Shown: positions 43,122-53,292 of the stretch, piece by piece
How the letters are laid out: every line of letters starts with the position of its first letter
Numbering within the stretch: position 1 is the first letter of the stretch
From: Tortispora ganteri
Taxonomy: Eukaryota
Reading direction: 5' to 3'
Length of the DNA: 64,000 nucleotides
Assembly (NCBI GenBank): GCA_003707115.1
Contig: PPNB01000018.1
Span: 1-64,000, forward strand
Made by a program: the position numbers and the translations under genes
Notes under the pieces: model-generated
The model's input: only the letters and a program-made list of their open reading frames with translations
The model's database searches: none
Told to the model about the DNA's origin: nothing

Positions 43122-43134
43122 TATATACTATGTA

Positions 43135-44679
43135 TTATTGCGAGAGATCTTGCGAGAAACCCATCTGCCAGAAGCGTGATTCAAGCACGGTAGCCTGCGC
43201 AAACACCTCAACAAGCTCCTGTAATTTACTTGGAGATATTTGCTGCGAATGGGTCTCGAGGAGCTCAATGCCCAGCTTTGCAGCCTCTACGAAGTCCGGC
43301 GCCGCATAATTTTCGATCCAGCCCCAGTACGGATTTCCTTCGCGCTTAGTGTTCGGGTCATTGTACAGTCGCTGGCCGATCTGATAGTATCCAATGAGAC
43401 AAGGCGACATGGCCACCTGTAGCGAGAACCAGTCGCGCGTCTGGCCGATATCCAGCAGATACCTGCTATATGCCGTGCAGACGTTGTCCTCCGGTACAGC
43501 TTGCATGTCGGCAATGGAGAGGCCGAACGAACGGCAGTAGCCTTCGTGAATCTTCATTTCCTGCTGAATATGCAACACAATCGCCGCAGATTTCGCAATC
43601 GTTTGGATATCAGTGGCCTTATATGAAGCGAGCGCGCTTGCTCGTGCGTAGTGGACAAGGTAGAGATAGTCCTGCTGCAAGTAATATTGAAACACTCTTC
43701 TGTCGAGTGAACCATCAGCCAATTGCTGCACAAACGAGTGGTGCACAAACTGGTGCCACTTGTCTTTAACGAGCGGATGGGCAATTAAGTAGTCGACAAA
43801 TCTGTTGCGAGCGAACGGAAGGTAGTTCGTGCGAACAAGATGGTCAATTGGTCCGTTACCAGAGCCCAATTGGAGGTCGATAGCAATTGCCTGCTGCACG
43901 TATGCAATAGAATCTTTGACAGCAGCAGAGATTGATTCACCTTTTGCGAGATTGGCGGCAATTGCTGCTGAGAGTGTGCATCCAGTGCCGTGGAGGTTCT
44001 TAGAGTGGGTGAAATTGCCTTCAAATAATTCGATTTCGTCTCCGACACAGAGCACATCGACAATGTAGAGCTGATCTGCACGGTCAGTTGCCGCCTTGTA
44101 ATCGCAAGAGAGTGGCAAATGACCGCCCTTGAGCAATATGCCACAACCCAGCCCGTTTGCGAGGTCGCGGGCAAGCTGTTTCATATCGTCAAGGCATTGT
44201 GGAGTTTGCGTGTCTAGAGCAAGCTCTTGAGCCAGACGCAGTGCTTCCTGTAGGTTCGGCGTCATGAGCCGCGCAAGAGGCGCAAGTTCAGTGATGTAGC
44301 CGCGTACAGCATCATCCGGCAGCAGTTGCGAGCCAGAAGTGCTTACCAAAACAGGGTCCACGACAACCGGTGGCAAAACCTTCAATGACCGCAGGAAAGC
44401 AGCAACTGTGGCAATAGTTGCGGTCGAGCAGAGCATACCAGTCTTGATGGCGTCAATACCGATATCGGACTCAATGGCGGTCAACGCCGTCGAGATGAAC
44501 TGTTGGTCAGATACTGGAAAGACTGACTTGACGCCTGTAGTGTTCTGAGCCGTCAATGCAGTTATGCAAGTCATGCCGTAGCACGCATTGGCTGTAAAAG
44601 TTTTCAAGTCGGCTTCAATTCCTGCGCCTCCCGAGCAGTCAGAGCCGGCAATTGTCAGTACGCGCGCCCTTACAGTCAT
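43135..44679 (-). CDS. THI20: HMP/HMP-P kinase fused to TenA thiaminase II (Thi20/21/22 family)
   Basis: IAGSDCSGGAGIEADLKT, LTAQNT, HGTGC, then TenA domain YLQQDYLYL, PCLIGY, YWGWIENY. Confidence 0.93.
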   Translation of the reverse strand: MTVRARVLTIAGSDCSGGAGIEADLKTFTANACYGMTCITALTAQNTTGVKSVFPVSDQQFISTALTAIESDIGIDAIKTGMLCSTATIATVAAFLRSLKVLPPVVVDPVLVSTSGSQLLPDDAVRGYITELAPLARLMTPNLQEALRLAQELALDTQTPQCLDDMKQLARDLANGLGCGILLKGGHLPLSCDYKAATDRADQLYIVDVLCVGDEIELFEGNFTHSKNLHGTGCTLSAAIAANLAKGESISAAVKDSIAYVQQAIAIDLQLGSGNGPIDHLVRTNYLPFARNRFVDYLIAHPLVKDKWHQFVHHSFVQQLADGSLDRRVFQYYLQQDYLYLVHYARASALASYKATDIQTIAKSAAIVLHIQQEMKIHEGYCRSFGLSIADMQAVPEDNVCTAYSRYLLDIGQTRDWFSLQVAMSPCLIGYYQIGQRLYNDPNTKREGNPYWGWIENYAAPDFVEAAKLGIELLETHSQQISPSKLQELVEVFAQATVLESRFWQMGFSQDLSQ

Positions 44680-46427
44680 TACTTGATGGTCGGCGGCAGT
44701 GCCCGGGGGAAAAAAAAACCTAAGTATAAATCACGTGACTTTATATGTCATGTGATGAATACTTTTAGATTGTTTGTTTCTGTTTTGCGTGTTAGCGACA
44801 TCGAAATGAATAAGCCAGCACTAAGAGATATACGAACAGCTAGCTAAATTAGCATCTCTCAAAATGTTCTGACACATTCTCTGTGTAATTATCTTTATGA
44901 TAGATGTCAGTAGATTCTGTCGACATTACATGCAGTTAAAATAATTGCACATAAGCCAAATTATGACAGATTTTGCACTAAAATACGCTTGATTCCTTCT
45001 ATCATTCAAATATTCAATCGAATCAAACCAATACAAAGTCGTCTCAAACCATCAGGACTGCTAAAAGAAGATGAAATTTCATTCCGCGTATAGGGTTCAA
45101 CAGACGATACTTTAATTGATGGTTTTAGCTGCAATCATTATATTGAAGTTTCAAATTTGCCACAATTATTCGCCTCAATCACATGTCAAACTGCAAGATT
45201 GCCGCTTGACCAACTCAATTTATTAAATCTTAAAAGAAGGTCTCTATGAAGGTCTTTAACAAGTTCTGTAATTCTACACGTGGTTAGCAGGATCGAGCAG
45301 TGAATGGCTATCGTTGCCGCGTCATGTGACAGTGAGGTTGTTGAAAGTTTGCGGCCAAGACTCCAAAGCGGCTGTGTATCTGCAGAGCCGAGATACATGT
45401 GATTCTTTTTGGCCAACGGATATTCTCACTTCGCGTTGGCTCCTAGATTTCAATTCGCCGTCATCGGCCACGTGAATCTTAAAGGATCCTGGATCCTGGC
45501 TGCTGAACTTAAACGTTGAATATATCAGGGGCTACTAGGTTGGCCGCTTATCTGAAGCATTCTGGCGCTGTCTGCACTTTTTTCGCTACTATTACATACA
45601 TTTGGCCTGATTGCAGCTGAGCCAGAACAGAGAAACAGTGTAAACTAAAATAGAGTTTGCACTATCTGAACTGTTCCTTTAAGTTAGCCACCTATCACTA
45701 AACCACAAAATGTATCATTCGCGACCCTCTGAAAATATCTGAAGCTGAAGCAAACAAATTGTGGTTGTACTTAACTAAATATTTGAGCTTCCTAAAATAT
45801 AAAGATATGAAACAGGTTTCAATTCTTACAATCTAAGCGCTGCTTTGTTCTATATTCCTGTGCCTTGACAGGTCAAAAAAAAAGGTTTGTCGCTAAAGAA
45901 ACCATCTGGAACTCTTTTGGTTTTCATTTTCCTTTATCCACTAATTATTGGGAATTAATCTATTATATGTCTAATTACAGGTCTCTAAATTTTGCTTTTT
46001 TAGACCAATAATGTTACTTGCTTATTCCGGATTCCTGTTACCGGATTTTGGCGTCCAATGGCTGGAGCTACAGACGAATTCTATACACACGCTAATCATT
46101 CGACATATGCCTCAAACTTGAACTCTACAAGGTTTGATAGCCAATAAGCGACTTTCATTTTCCACAAATATGATCTAAACGTGAATTTAATCCAGTTAAC
46201 TTTTCAAATGATCGCACCAAAATGAACTTAGTTATACTGGAAAACTGTGCAATACGTATCACTCGGCGGCTATCTGCCTGCTAATTCGCTACAATATTTT
46301 TTTATTCGCGGTATCAATATTTGCCAGCTGACGGTTTCTGATGAGACATGTAACTCCCCGTGAAACTATCTGTTTTACATTGGTGTCTATATATAGACCT
46401 AGGCCGCCTATAGTCTATTAGCTGATC

Positions 46428-48500
46428 ATGACGAACATTTCCGCCATTATTCTCCTGTTCCTAACCGTTTATCTTGCAAGCGTATCTGCGCTCTCTGACG
46501 CCGTTGATCTCGTCACGGGTTGCTACTACGTCTCTGATATCTACAATTTCGGCTGCTATGGTGTAGGCGACTATTACGGTTGCCGTTGCTCGCGACCTGA
46601 AGTCCTTGGAACGGTCGCTATTTGCGCCAATATGTACAAGAACGATTTTACACCCTCTGAGAGTACTGATGCTGATCTTGAACGCGCATGGGAACGTGTG
46701 CTAGGAAACTGGTGTCACAATTACGGCGAGGTTGATATCGATGACTTCCAAACTGTTCTCAACAACGCAACACAGTACGCTATCAATGCATCAACCGTTG
46801 TAGTCACCAACCGTCACTACGAACCACTCATATACACCGAAGAGCTTGTTTCTGGCGGCTATAAGGCTGCCAAGGCATACTGGCAGAACCAATACACTTC
46901 CATGCTCTTCGGCTGGAGTATAATGATCTATTTCGCTGGGCTTATCATGATCTCAACGGTTCTCCGTGCCATTCATCTTGTCCGCCCGCGTGTGGGAAGA
47001 GCACTTATATCAACACCGCATCTAAACAAAGCCCGTGGATACCTTACAATGCCGCCAACGCTTGGTCAGAAACGCGCAGAACCATGGACTATAGGTCGAT
47101 TGCCTATGGGTTCTGCGCTTAAGCGCGGTCAGACGCTCGTACTCATTGGTTATCTCATTCTCATGATTGTGTTTCTCACTACGGACTATCCCTTCTATGA
47201 TGGAAACATAAAGCTCACTACTATCGCCGCTCAGTGGGGAAAGTACCTCGGCGACCGTTCAGGCAAGATATCGATAATGCACTTGCCGTTGATCATCATG
47301 CTTGCCGGACGTAACAATATACTTTCTTGGCTTACTGGCTGGTCGTTCGACACTATAAATGTACTGCACCGCTGGATCTCGCGCGGCATGTGGCTCACTG
47401 CTATCATTCATGGTGGTGTATACACTTATGTCAACGGATTCAAGTACTCCTACTATCTGGAGCAAGAATTTTTTATCTACGGCATCTGCGCCATGGTGAT
47501 ATCGTCGGTAATCATATTCCTTGCCATATATGTCATCAGACATGCCTCATACGAGATATTTTACTATGGACACTTTGCTTTTGTGCTTATATTTCTCGTT
47601 ATGACTTATGAACACGTCAAGGTACTTGGATTTACCAACTGGGTCTACGTCTCATTTGGTATCTGGGGATTTGACAGAGTTCTGCGTTGCTTCCGTATTC
47701 TGTGGGCAGGTGTCTGGACTACTGGTCGGTTCACTGTTGAGAACGGAGCAATTAAAGTCGAATTGCGCTCTAAGCGACCTCTCGACCTCAAACCAGGCTC
47801 ATACATTTTCCTACATGTTCCTCGAGTGGGTCTATTTCAGAGTCACCCGTTCTCAGTGTGCGAAATTAAGCCGAACAACGAGTTCACGCTTATGATCAAA
47901 CCGATGTCGGGCATGACCGGAACACTCGAACAGTATGTGCAACAGAAGCACAATATGACTGTAGAACTCCGTGTGTGGATCGATGGTGCGTATGGTCACA
48001 CTGCACCTGTGGAAGACTATGACAATATCCTAGTGATAGGAGGTGGTGTTGGTATCACTGCTCTGTACGGATACCTTGATATGCTAAAGGAGTATACAGC
48101 AACAGAAAACGAGAAAGCAAGTTCAGTGATGAAACATAAAAACGTACTGTTTGTGTGGACGGTGCGTAATCCGAATAATGTTGCGTGGGTTGATCTGGAT
48201 CCTATTATCACTCACGGCATTGAAGTCCAGGTATATGTCACTAACTCTTCATCTACGGAGGAGATGCCCGAAAAAGAGGCTATTGTGCGAGTAATGGGAC
48301 TTTCTGAGTCTGTGATGACTTACGGCAAACGGCCAGACCTCGAATCGACGATTTCATCGTGGATGCGACTGTCAGGGTCGGCAGCTATTGTTACCTGCGG
48401 GCCAGGAACAATGAACGATCAGTGTCGTAATATCGTTGCTCGTAATTTACGCACATGTAACAACACTATCGGTTATTACGAAGAGTCTTTTGCATGGTAG
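46428..48500 (+). CDS. Ferric/cupric reductase (FRE family), copy 1
   Basis: Signal peptide, Cys-rich N-terminus, GRNN, heme His pairs (HRW..H; H..H), HPFS, GGGVGIT, CGP, EESFAW. Confidence 0.93.
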   Translation: MTNISAIILLFLTVYLASVSALSDAVDLVTGCYYVSDIYNFGCYGVGDYYGCRCSRPEVLGTVAICANMYKNDFTPSESTDADLERAWERVLGNWCHNYGEVDIDDFQTVLNNATQYAINASTVVVTNRHYEPLIYTEELVSGGYKAAKAYWQNQYTSMLFGWSIMIYFAGLIMISTVLRAIHLVRPRVGRALISTPHLNKARGYLTMPPTLGQKRAEPWTIGRLPMGSALKRGQTLVLIGYLILMIVFLTTDYPFYDGNIKLTTIAAQWGKYLGDRSGKISIMHLPLIIMLAGRNNILSWLTGWSFDTINVLHRWISRGMWLTAIIHGGVYTYVNGFKYSYYLEQEFFIYGICAMVISSVIIFLAIYVIRHASYEIFYYGHFAFVLIFLVMTYEHVKVLGFTNWVYVSFGIWGFDRVLRCFRILWAGVWTTGRFTVENGAIKVELRSKRPLDLKPGSYIFLHVPRVGLFQSHPFSVCEIKPNNEFTLMIKPMSGMTGTLEQYVQQKHNMTVELRVWIDGAYGHTAPVEDYDNILVIGGGVGITALYGYLDMLKEYTATENEKASSVMKHKNVLFVWTVRNPNNVAWVDLDPIITHGIEVQVYVTNSSSTEEMPEKEAIVRVMGLSESVMTYGKRPDLESTISSWMRLSGSAAIVTCGPGTMNDQCRNIVARNLRTCNNTIGYYEESFAW

Positions 48501-48934
48501 ACATGCCTCATAATCAGAATCATCTCTTTTGTTCTTATTTAGCATGTATACCTTTGCATTAAAATACTATGGGGCCAGGAAAGGTTACAGAAAAATTACG
48601 ATAATAGGATAAGTACAAACTTTATTTAGCAAATGTAACCTTGAATTTTAGCGTGGCTTGTAGCGGTTTAGTTCAGAGACTAATAGCATTGACCAATCAT
48701 ACACTTTTATACTATATTACTGAACCTTATTAAGGTAGGATCAGTTTAACATTGCACGATTTGCGTTAGATAACAGCGTGATGCGGTCTAAATATGAATA
48801 AGTACCATAACGATAGTAGTCTGCTTAAAAGCTGTAATTTTCCCCAAACTTTGTAGTGCGCACTAAAGCAGAAAAGTCGCCCCAAATATAAATCGAGGGC
48901 AAAATGAAATATATCTCTCTTCCAACTCATTAAA

Positions 48935-50965
48935 ATGTATGTCGCTGCTGTCTTGCTGCTGGTATCTGCGGTAACGGCACTTTCACCCGCGGTCGATCTC
49001 GTCACGGCATGTTTTACAGTGTCCAATTTCTTCGATTTAGGCTGTAACAACAATCAGGGCTATTATGATTGTCGTTGCGTCAGCAAGGAGGTCCTCGGCA
49101 CAATAGCCGTCTGCGTAAAGACTTACGCTTCAACACTTGCTCCACAGCAGGATACCACTAAAGACCTTGAGACCGCCTGGAACACATATATGGGAGCTAC
49201 ATGCAAGGCATACGTTGGAATAGACCCAGGAACATACACAAATATTGTTCAAAATGCCTCGCAGTATGTCGTCAACCCGGTCGACCCCAATGCGCGTTAT
49301 TATACTCCAGTCAACGTTGATGAAGAATACGTCGTCGCTGCTGTCAAGTCAGCACATGTAGTAAACAAGAATAATTATGACTCTGTAATGTTTGGCTGGG
49401 GATTGGTCGGCTATTTTGGCCTATTTGCATTCGCCTCAGCGGTGTACAACGGGTTTTCGCACGTCCTTCCTAGGCATGCAGCTTCCGTGGCCTATCACCC
49501 GCGATTTAACAAGCTCAGAGGATATTTGTTGTTGCCACCAACTTTCGGTTCCAAATGTGCCACACCACTCAGCGTCGGCCCCGTTCAGCTTGGCTCAAAC
49601 CTCACACGCGGGGAGTCGCTCATTGTGCTAGGGTACATCACCCTGTACGTCGTCTTCCTCTGCGTCAGGTACCCTGTGTATGCCGACAACCTCACAATGC
49701 CAACTGTGCACGCGCAATGGACCAAATACCTATCAGATCGCTCAGCTATCATCGCAATGGCTCACATCCCGCTCATCATGTTGTTCGCCGCGCGTAACAA
49801 CATCCTAGCGTGGCTTACAGGCTGGTCTTTCGATGCCATGAACGTCTTTCATCGTTGGATTGCTCGTGGTATGTGGGTGGCCGCCCTCATACATTCAGCA
49901 GTGTCCACATATATCTCGCGAGACTTATACCAGGTCTATTTGCATGACCCGTGGTTTTCGTGCGGTATAGCGGCCATGGTTATTATCTCCTGTATTCTTA
50001 TCTTCGCAGCATATCCGTTCCGTTCGCGGTTCTATGAGTGCTTCTACTACATTCACTTCCTCTTCGTGCTTGCATTCATCATCCTCCTCTGGCAGCACAT
50101 ATATAAGGCTGGCTATACCGGCTGGATATATGGCGCTGTCGCATTTTGGGGATTCGACCGCATTCTGCGCGCGTTGCGTCTTCTGTGGGCCGGTATATGG
50201 ACTACAGGCACGTTCAAGTTAGAAAATAATGGCGTACATGTGTCTATAAAAACAGCAAGACCACTCAATGCACATACAGGCTCATATATCTTCCTCCATA
50301 TCCCTAAAGTCGGCGTTTTCCAAACACATCCGTTCTCGGTCTGTGAAAACAAAGACAACACATTGTCGCTTATCATCAAACCGCGCGATGGACTCACGAA
50401 GACTCTCATGAAACTCTTGCAGAACTCCCCCGATCAAACGGCAGAGTTGCGTGTAATGGTAGAAGGAGCTTACGGCCATCTACTGCCCGTTGAACATTTC
50501 GATAACGTCCTGCTGGTTGGCGGCGGTGTCGGAATCACCGCCTTGTACTCCCATCTGCACGCTCTTAAAGCAAATGCAACGAAAGAGGAGATAACAAAGC
50601 CAAACGTTCTTTTCGTATGGATTGTGAGAGACCCCAGCTCTATTGAATGGGTCGAACTGCAACAATTCGTCAATTCCAATATAGAGATACAGCTGTATGT
50701 CAGCAATGACAATACGAACAGCACAGAATCTTGCGACATTGAACCAGAGAAACCACCAATCAGCACGTCTATGGAACTCGATATTAAGATTGGAAGACCA
50801 AACATCAGCACAATTATTGAAGAATGGATAGATCAGCCCGGAAGTAGTGCCGTTGCTGTTTGTGGACCAAGTTCATTGAGCGACCAATGCCGAATCACTA
50901 TTGCAAAAGCACTGAGGAAATCAAATCATAGACTGGCATACTATGACGAAGCCTTTACGTGGTAA
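48935..50965 (+). CDS. Ferric/cupric reductase (FRE family), copy 2
   Basis: Same architecture: ARNN, HRWIAR, HPFS, GGGVGIT, CGP, DEAFTW. Tandem paralog of the previous gene. Confidence 0.93.
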   Translation: MYVAAVLLLVSAVTALSPAVDLVTACFTVSNFFDLGCNNNQGYYDCRCVSKEVLGTIAVCVKTYASTLAPQQDTTKDLETAWNTYMGATCKAYVGIDPGTYTNIVQNASQYVVNPVDPNARYYTPVNVDEEYVVAAVKSAHVVNKNNYDSVMFGWGLVGYFGLFAFASAVYNGFSHVLPRHAASVAYHPRFNKLRGYLLLPPTFGSKCATPLSVGPVQLGSNLTRGESLIVLGYITLYVVFLCVRYPVYADNLTMPTVHAQWTKYLSDRSAIIAMAHIPLIMLFAARNNILAWLTGWSFDAMNVFHRWIARGMWVAALIHSAVSTYISRDLYQVYLHDPWFSCGIAAMVIISCILIFAAYPFRSRFYECFYYIHFLFVLAFIILLWQHIYKAGYTGWIYGAVAFWGFDRILRALRLLWAGIWTTGTFKLENNGVHVSIKTARPLNAHTGSYIFLHIPKVGVFQTHPFSVCENKDNTLSLIIKPRDGLTKTLMKLLQNSPDQTAELRVMVEGAYGHLLPVEHFDNVLLVGGGVGITALYSHLHALKANATKEEITKPNVLFVWIVRDPSSIEWVELQQFVNSNIEIQLYVSNDNTNSTESCDIEPEKPPISTSMELDIKIGRPNISTIIEEWIDQPGSSAVAVCGPSSLSDQCRITIAKALRKSNHRLAYYDEAFTW

Positions 50966-51070
50966 TGCAAATGGAATTCAACGCATTCAATTGCACTAAC
51001 AGTCTGCTACTAATATGAACATAGATTAGCAATGACAAATCTCATAGAATAAATCCGCCACTACCACTCA

Positions 51071-52465
51071 TTAAACATAAGAAAACCTGTCGGGCATCAC
51101 TACAGGTGCAATGAGCGACCAGGCATAGAGGCAAAAACATATCCATGCACTTATTATCTTCAGCCATGAAGAGAAATATGTTCTACCCACTGGATTAAAA
51201 TCACCCAACTGGTCCTCGTGAACATTCATCGTCAGTAATGTAGCAACGTACTGCGTGGCAAGGAAAAAAATGAAATGGAATATGGTATAGTTATACTGCG
51301 TAGAGGAGTGCTCATCATCGTCAGATTCGGACTGCGCATAGTCGTCCAACGCAGAGGCCGGAAGTGCACCAGACTCAACAGCTGATCGGATTGCCTCTTG
51401 TCGCATTTCGTATCTTGAAGGTTCTTGCGTGACCATTTGATGCTCGTCGTCTGTAGGGAGAGCTTGGTATGAGCCCATTGATGCGGTCTGCGTTGCCGCA
51501 GTAGTTGTGGTATAGGCTATCGCAAAGAAAGTAAAAAGCGCTCCAATGACAATGGAAGCCGTCCTGGCACCGGCAGATCGTACTATCGGGTTGCACATCT
51601 TGTCGTCAGGCTCTGAAGCAACGGCCGACATAGTGAGATATGAGCCGTAAACAGCCACTAGTGATGCCTGTGAAAGACCAGCAGAAGGATTGTATTCTTG
51701 AACCGTCGGATGGACAGATATCACAGAAACTATTATGCAAAGCAGTAAATTTATGGTTATAGCGGCCTGGTTCATTGAGCATCCTGAGCCGGCAAAGAAA
51801 ATGTACATAAGAATAGTCATAGTGAGAGAGCCAGCATACATTCCGGCAGTTGATCCGACAAGGATCACTTTCCAAAGAGTCGAATCGTCTTCTTCAATAT
51901 GCAGAATGCAGGTCTCAGCCCAGGAGTGTGCTGCCGACACGAGAAGAACTAATCCGAGGAATACAAACAGATAGGTGCATATCAGGGCAACGTAATTTCC
52001 CCACCAGACGAAAAAACTTTCCGGTATAAGAAAAGTAAGCACAATAAAAACTATCCAGAGAACCACTTTGAGCGGCCATAGACCATTTTGTATGACAGAT
52101 CGACGGTCACGCGATGATCTAACTCCGATCAGGAGCAATGCGAGAAGGAAGTGGAAAACGGCCAGAGCAAAGTTGACCCTATGAACTGCAACAAAACCTG
52201 TACATTGTTCCCCAAAACAAGTAATTTTCAGAAAGTTAAAAGACAGTTTTTCGAGTTTGTGTACAATATATGGCGTGAGCATGATCCAGGAGATAGCTGA
52301 GTTGAGGATAAACAGTATAGCGTAAGCGATTCGGGTCGAGACTGATGACGAGATTGTACCGCAGGCAGATCCCATTGCCGTACATGCAGCAGCACCTACG
52401 CATGATCCGACGGCCGAGGTAATCGCCGACGCACCCATCATCGGCACAGATAATAATGCACCCAT
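51071..52465 (-). CDS. TMS1: Serinc/TDE family membrane protein Tms1
   Basis: MGALLS..., STRIAYA, CTGFVAVHRVNF, QNGLW, QYNYTIFH, WSLIAPVVMPDRF. Confidence 0.93.
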   Translation of the reverse strand: MGALLSVPMMGASAITSAVGSCVGAAACTAMGSACGTISSSVSTRIAYAILFILNSAISWIMLTPYIVHKLEKLSFNFLKITCFGEQCTGFVAVHRVNFALAVFHFLLALLLIGVRSSRDRRSVIQNGLWPLKVVLWIVFIVLTFLIPESFFVWWGNYVALICTYLFVFLGLVLLVSAAHSWAETCILHIEEDDSTLWKVILVGSTAGMYAGSLTMTILMYIFFAGSGCSMNQAAITINLLLCIIVSVISVHPTVQEYNPSAGLSQASLVAVYGSYLTMSAVASEPDDKMCNPIVRSAGARTASIVIGALFTFFAIAYTTTTAATQTASMGSYQALPTDDEHQMVTQEPSRYEMRQEAIRSAVESGALPASALDDYAQSESDDDEHSSTQYNYTIFHFIFFLATQYVATLLTMNVHEDQLGDFNPVGRTYFSSWLKIISAWICFCLYAWSLIAPVVMPDRFSYV

Positions 52466-53292
52466 TTGCGTTCTAAATCAGTGGTTTCGGGTGGTGGGAT
52501 CAGTGGAGCAGTAATATAGATGGTAAATTAGGGTTTTTGCCACTGAACCGAGGTTAAAGTTTTGAAAGGTGATTTAGCGAGTTATTAACGTTCATCAGAA
52601 TGGAAACTATGGTTTGGCTATCAGTTACAAAAGCTAAAAATTTAGCTGCATAAATACTGTTTTTAGTTGATTTTCTAACAGCGGTTCAAAATGTTCACGT
52701 GTACGTACAGAACTTTATCAAAGGAAGGTTAGATGAAAATGTATCTAAAGATGCCAGGTCAAACTCTAATTTCGACTACAACATTGTTTGTTATTTGATA
52801 GTATTTCATAACACCCCCTAAGAAATGGAATACAATCGTAAATCCGATCTTAAAATGACTTTTATAATAATTTGCTAATATCTTATTTAAGTATTAATTA
52901 ACCACGAGGGTCGTGTATTACTAACTCCTTATCAATTGATGATAAGATGCAAAACGATAGATTTAGTGCGGTCTGCTTTAGATCCCAACTGATTAGTGCG
53001 TCCATTAGCTGCTTGCTTATCTCACAGTTTGGACTAACATGTTTTATGTTTGAATTACATCATGACTGTCTTATTTGTATCACTTTCATGCACATTCTTA
53101 TCTAGACTGTGATCGCAATTGAGACTTATTTCCCCTAATCGCTTGTGATCATGTGAGTTATTGATATTATATGGAAAGAGCCGAGATTCTAGACAGCCTA
53201 TGCATTACGATGTAGCATCGTAGCATATAAAATAATGTACTAATGAGATGAATGCTACAGTGATAAGAGGCAAATATATGTTAAACATTACA

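Noticed and set aside
44730..44900. CDEI-like RTCACRTG suggesting a point centromere
   Set aside because: No >85% AT CDEII or CDEIII. It lies about 50 bp from a start codon, and the lineage markers argue against Saccharomycetaceae.
44680..46427. TPP riboswitch near THI20
   Set aside because: No CTGAGA plus GATAAT-type aptamer core and no suitable intron found on the relevant strand.
52937..52992. TGATGA...CTGA pair, a possible C/D snoRNA
   Set aside because: Short, no convincing terminal stem, and I recognise no rRNA or snRNA complement for the guide.
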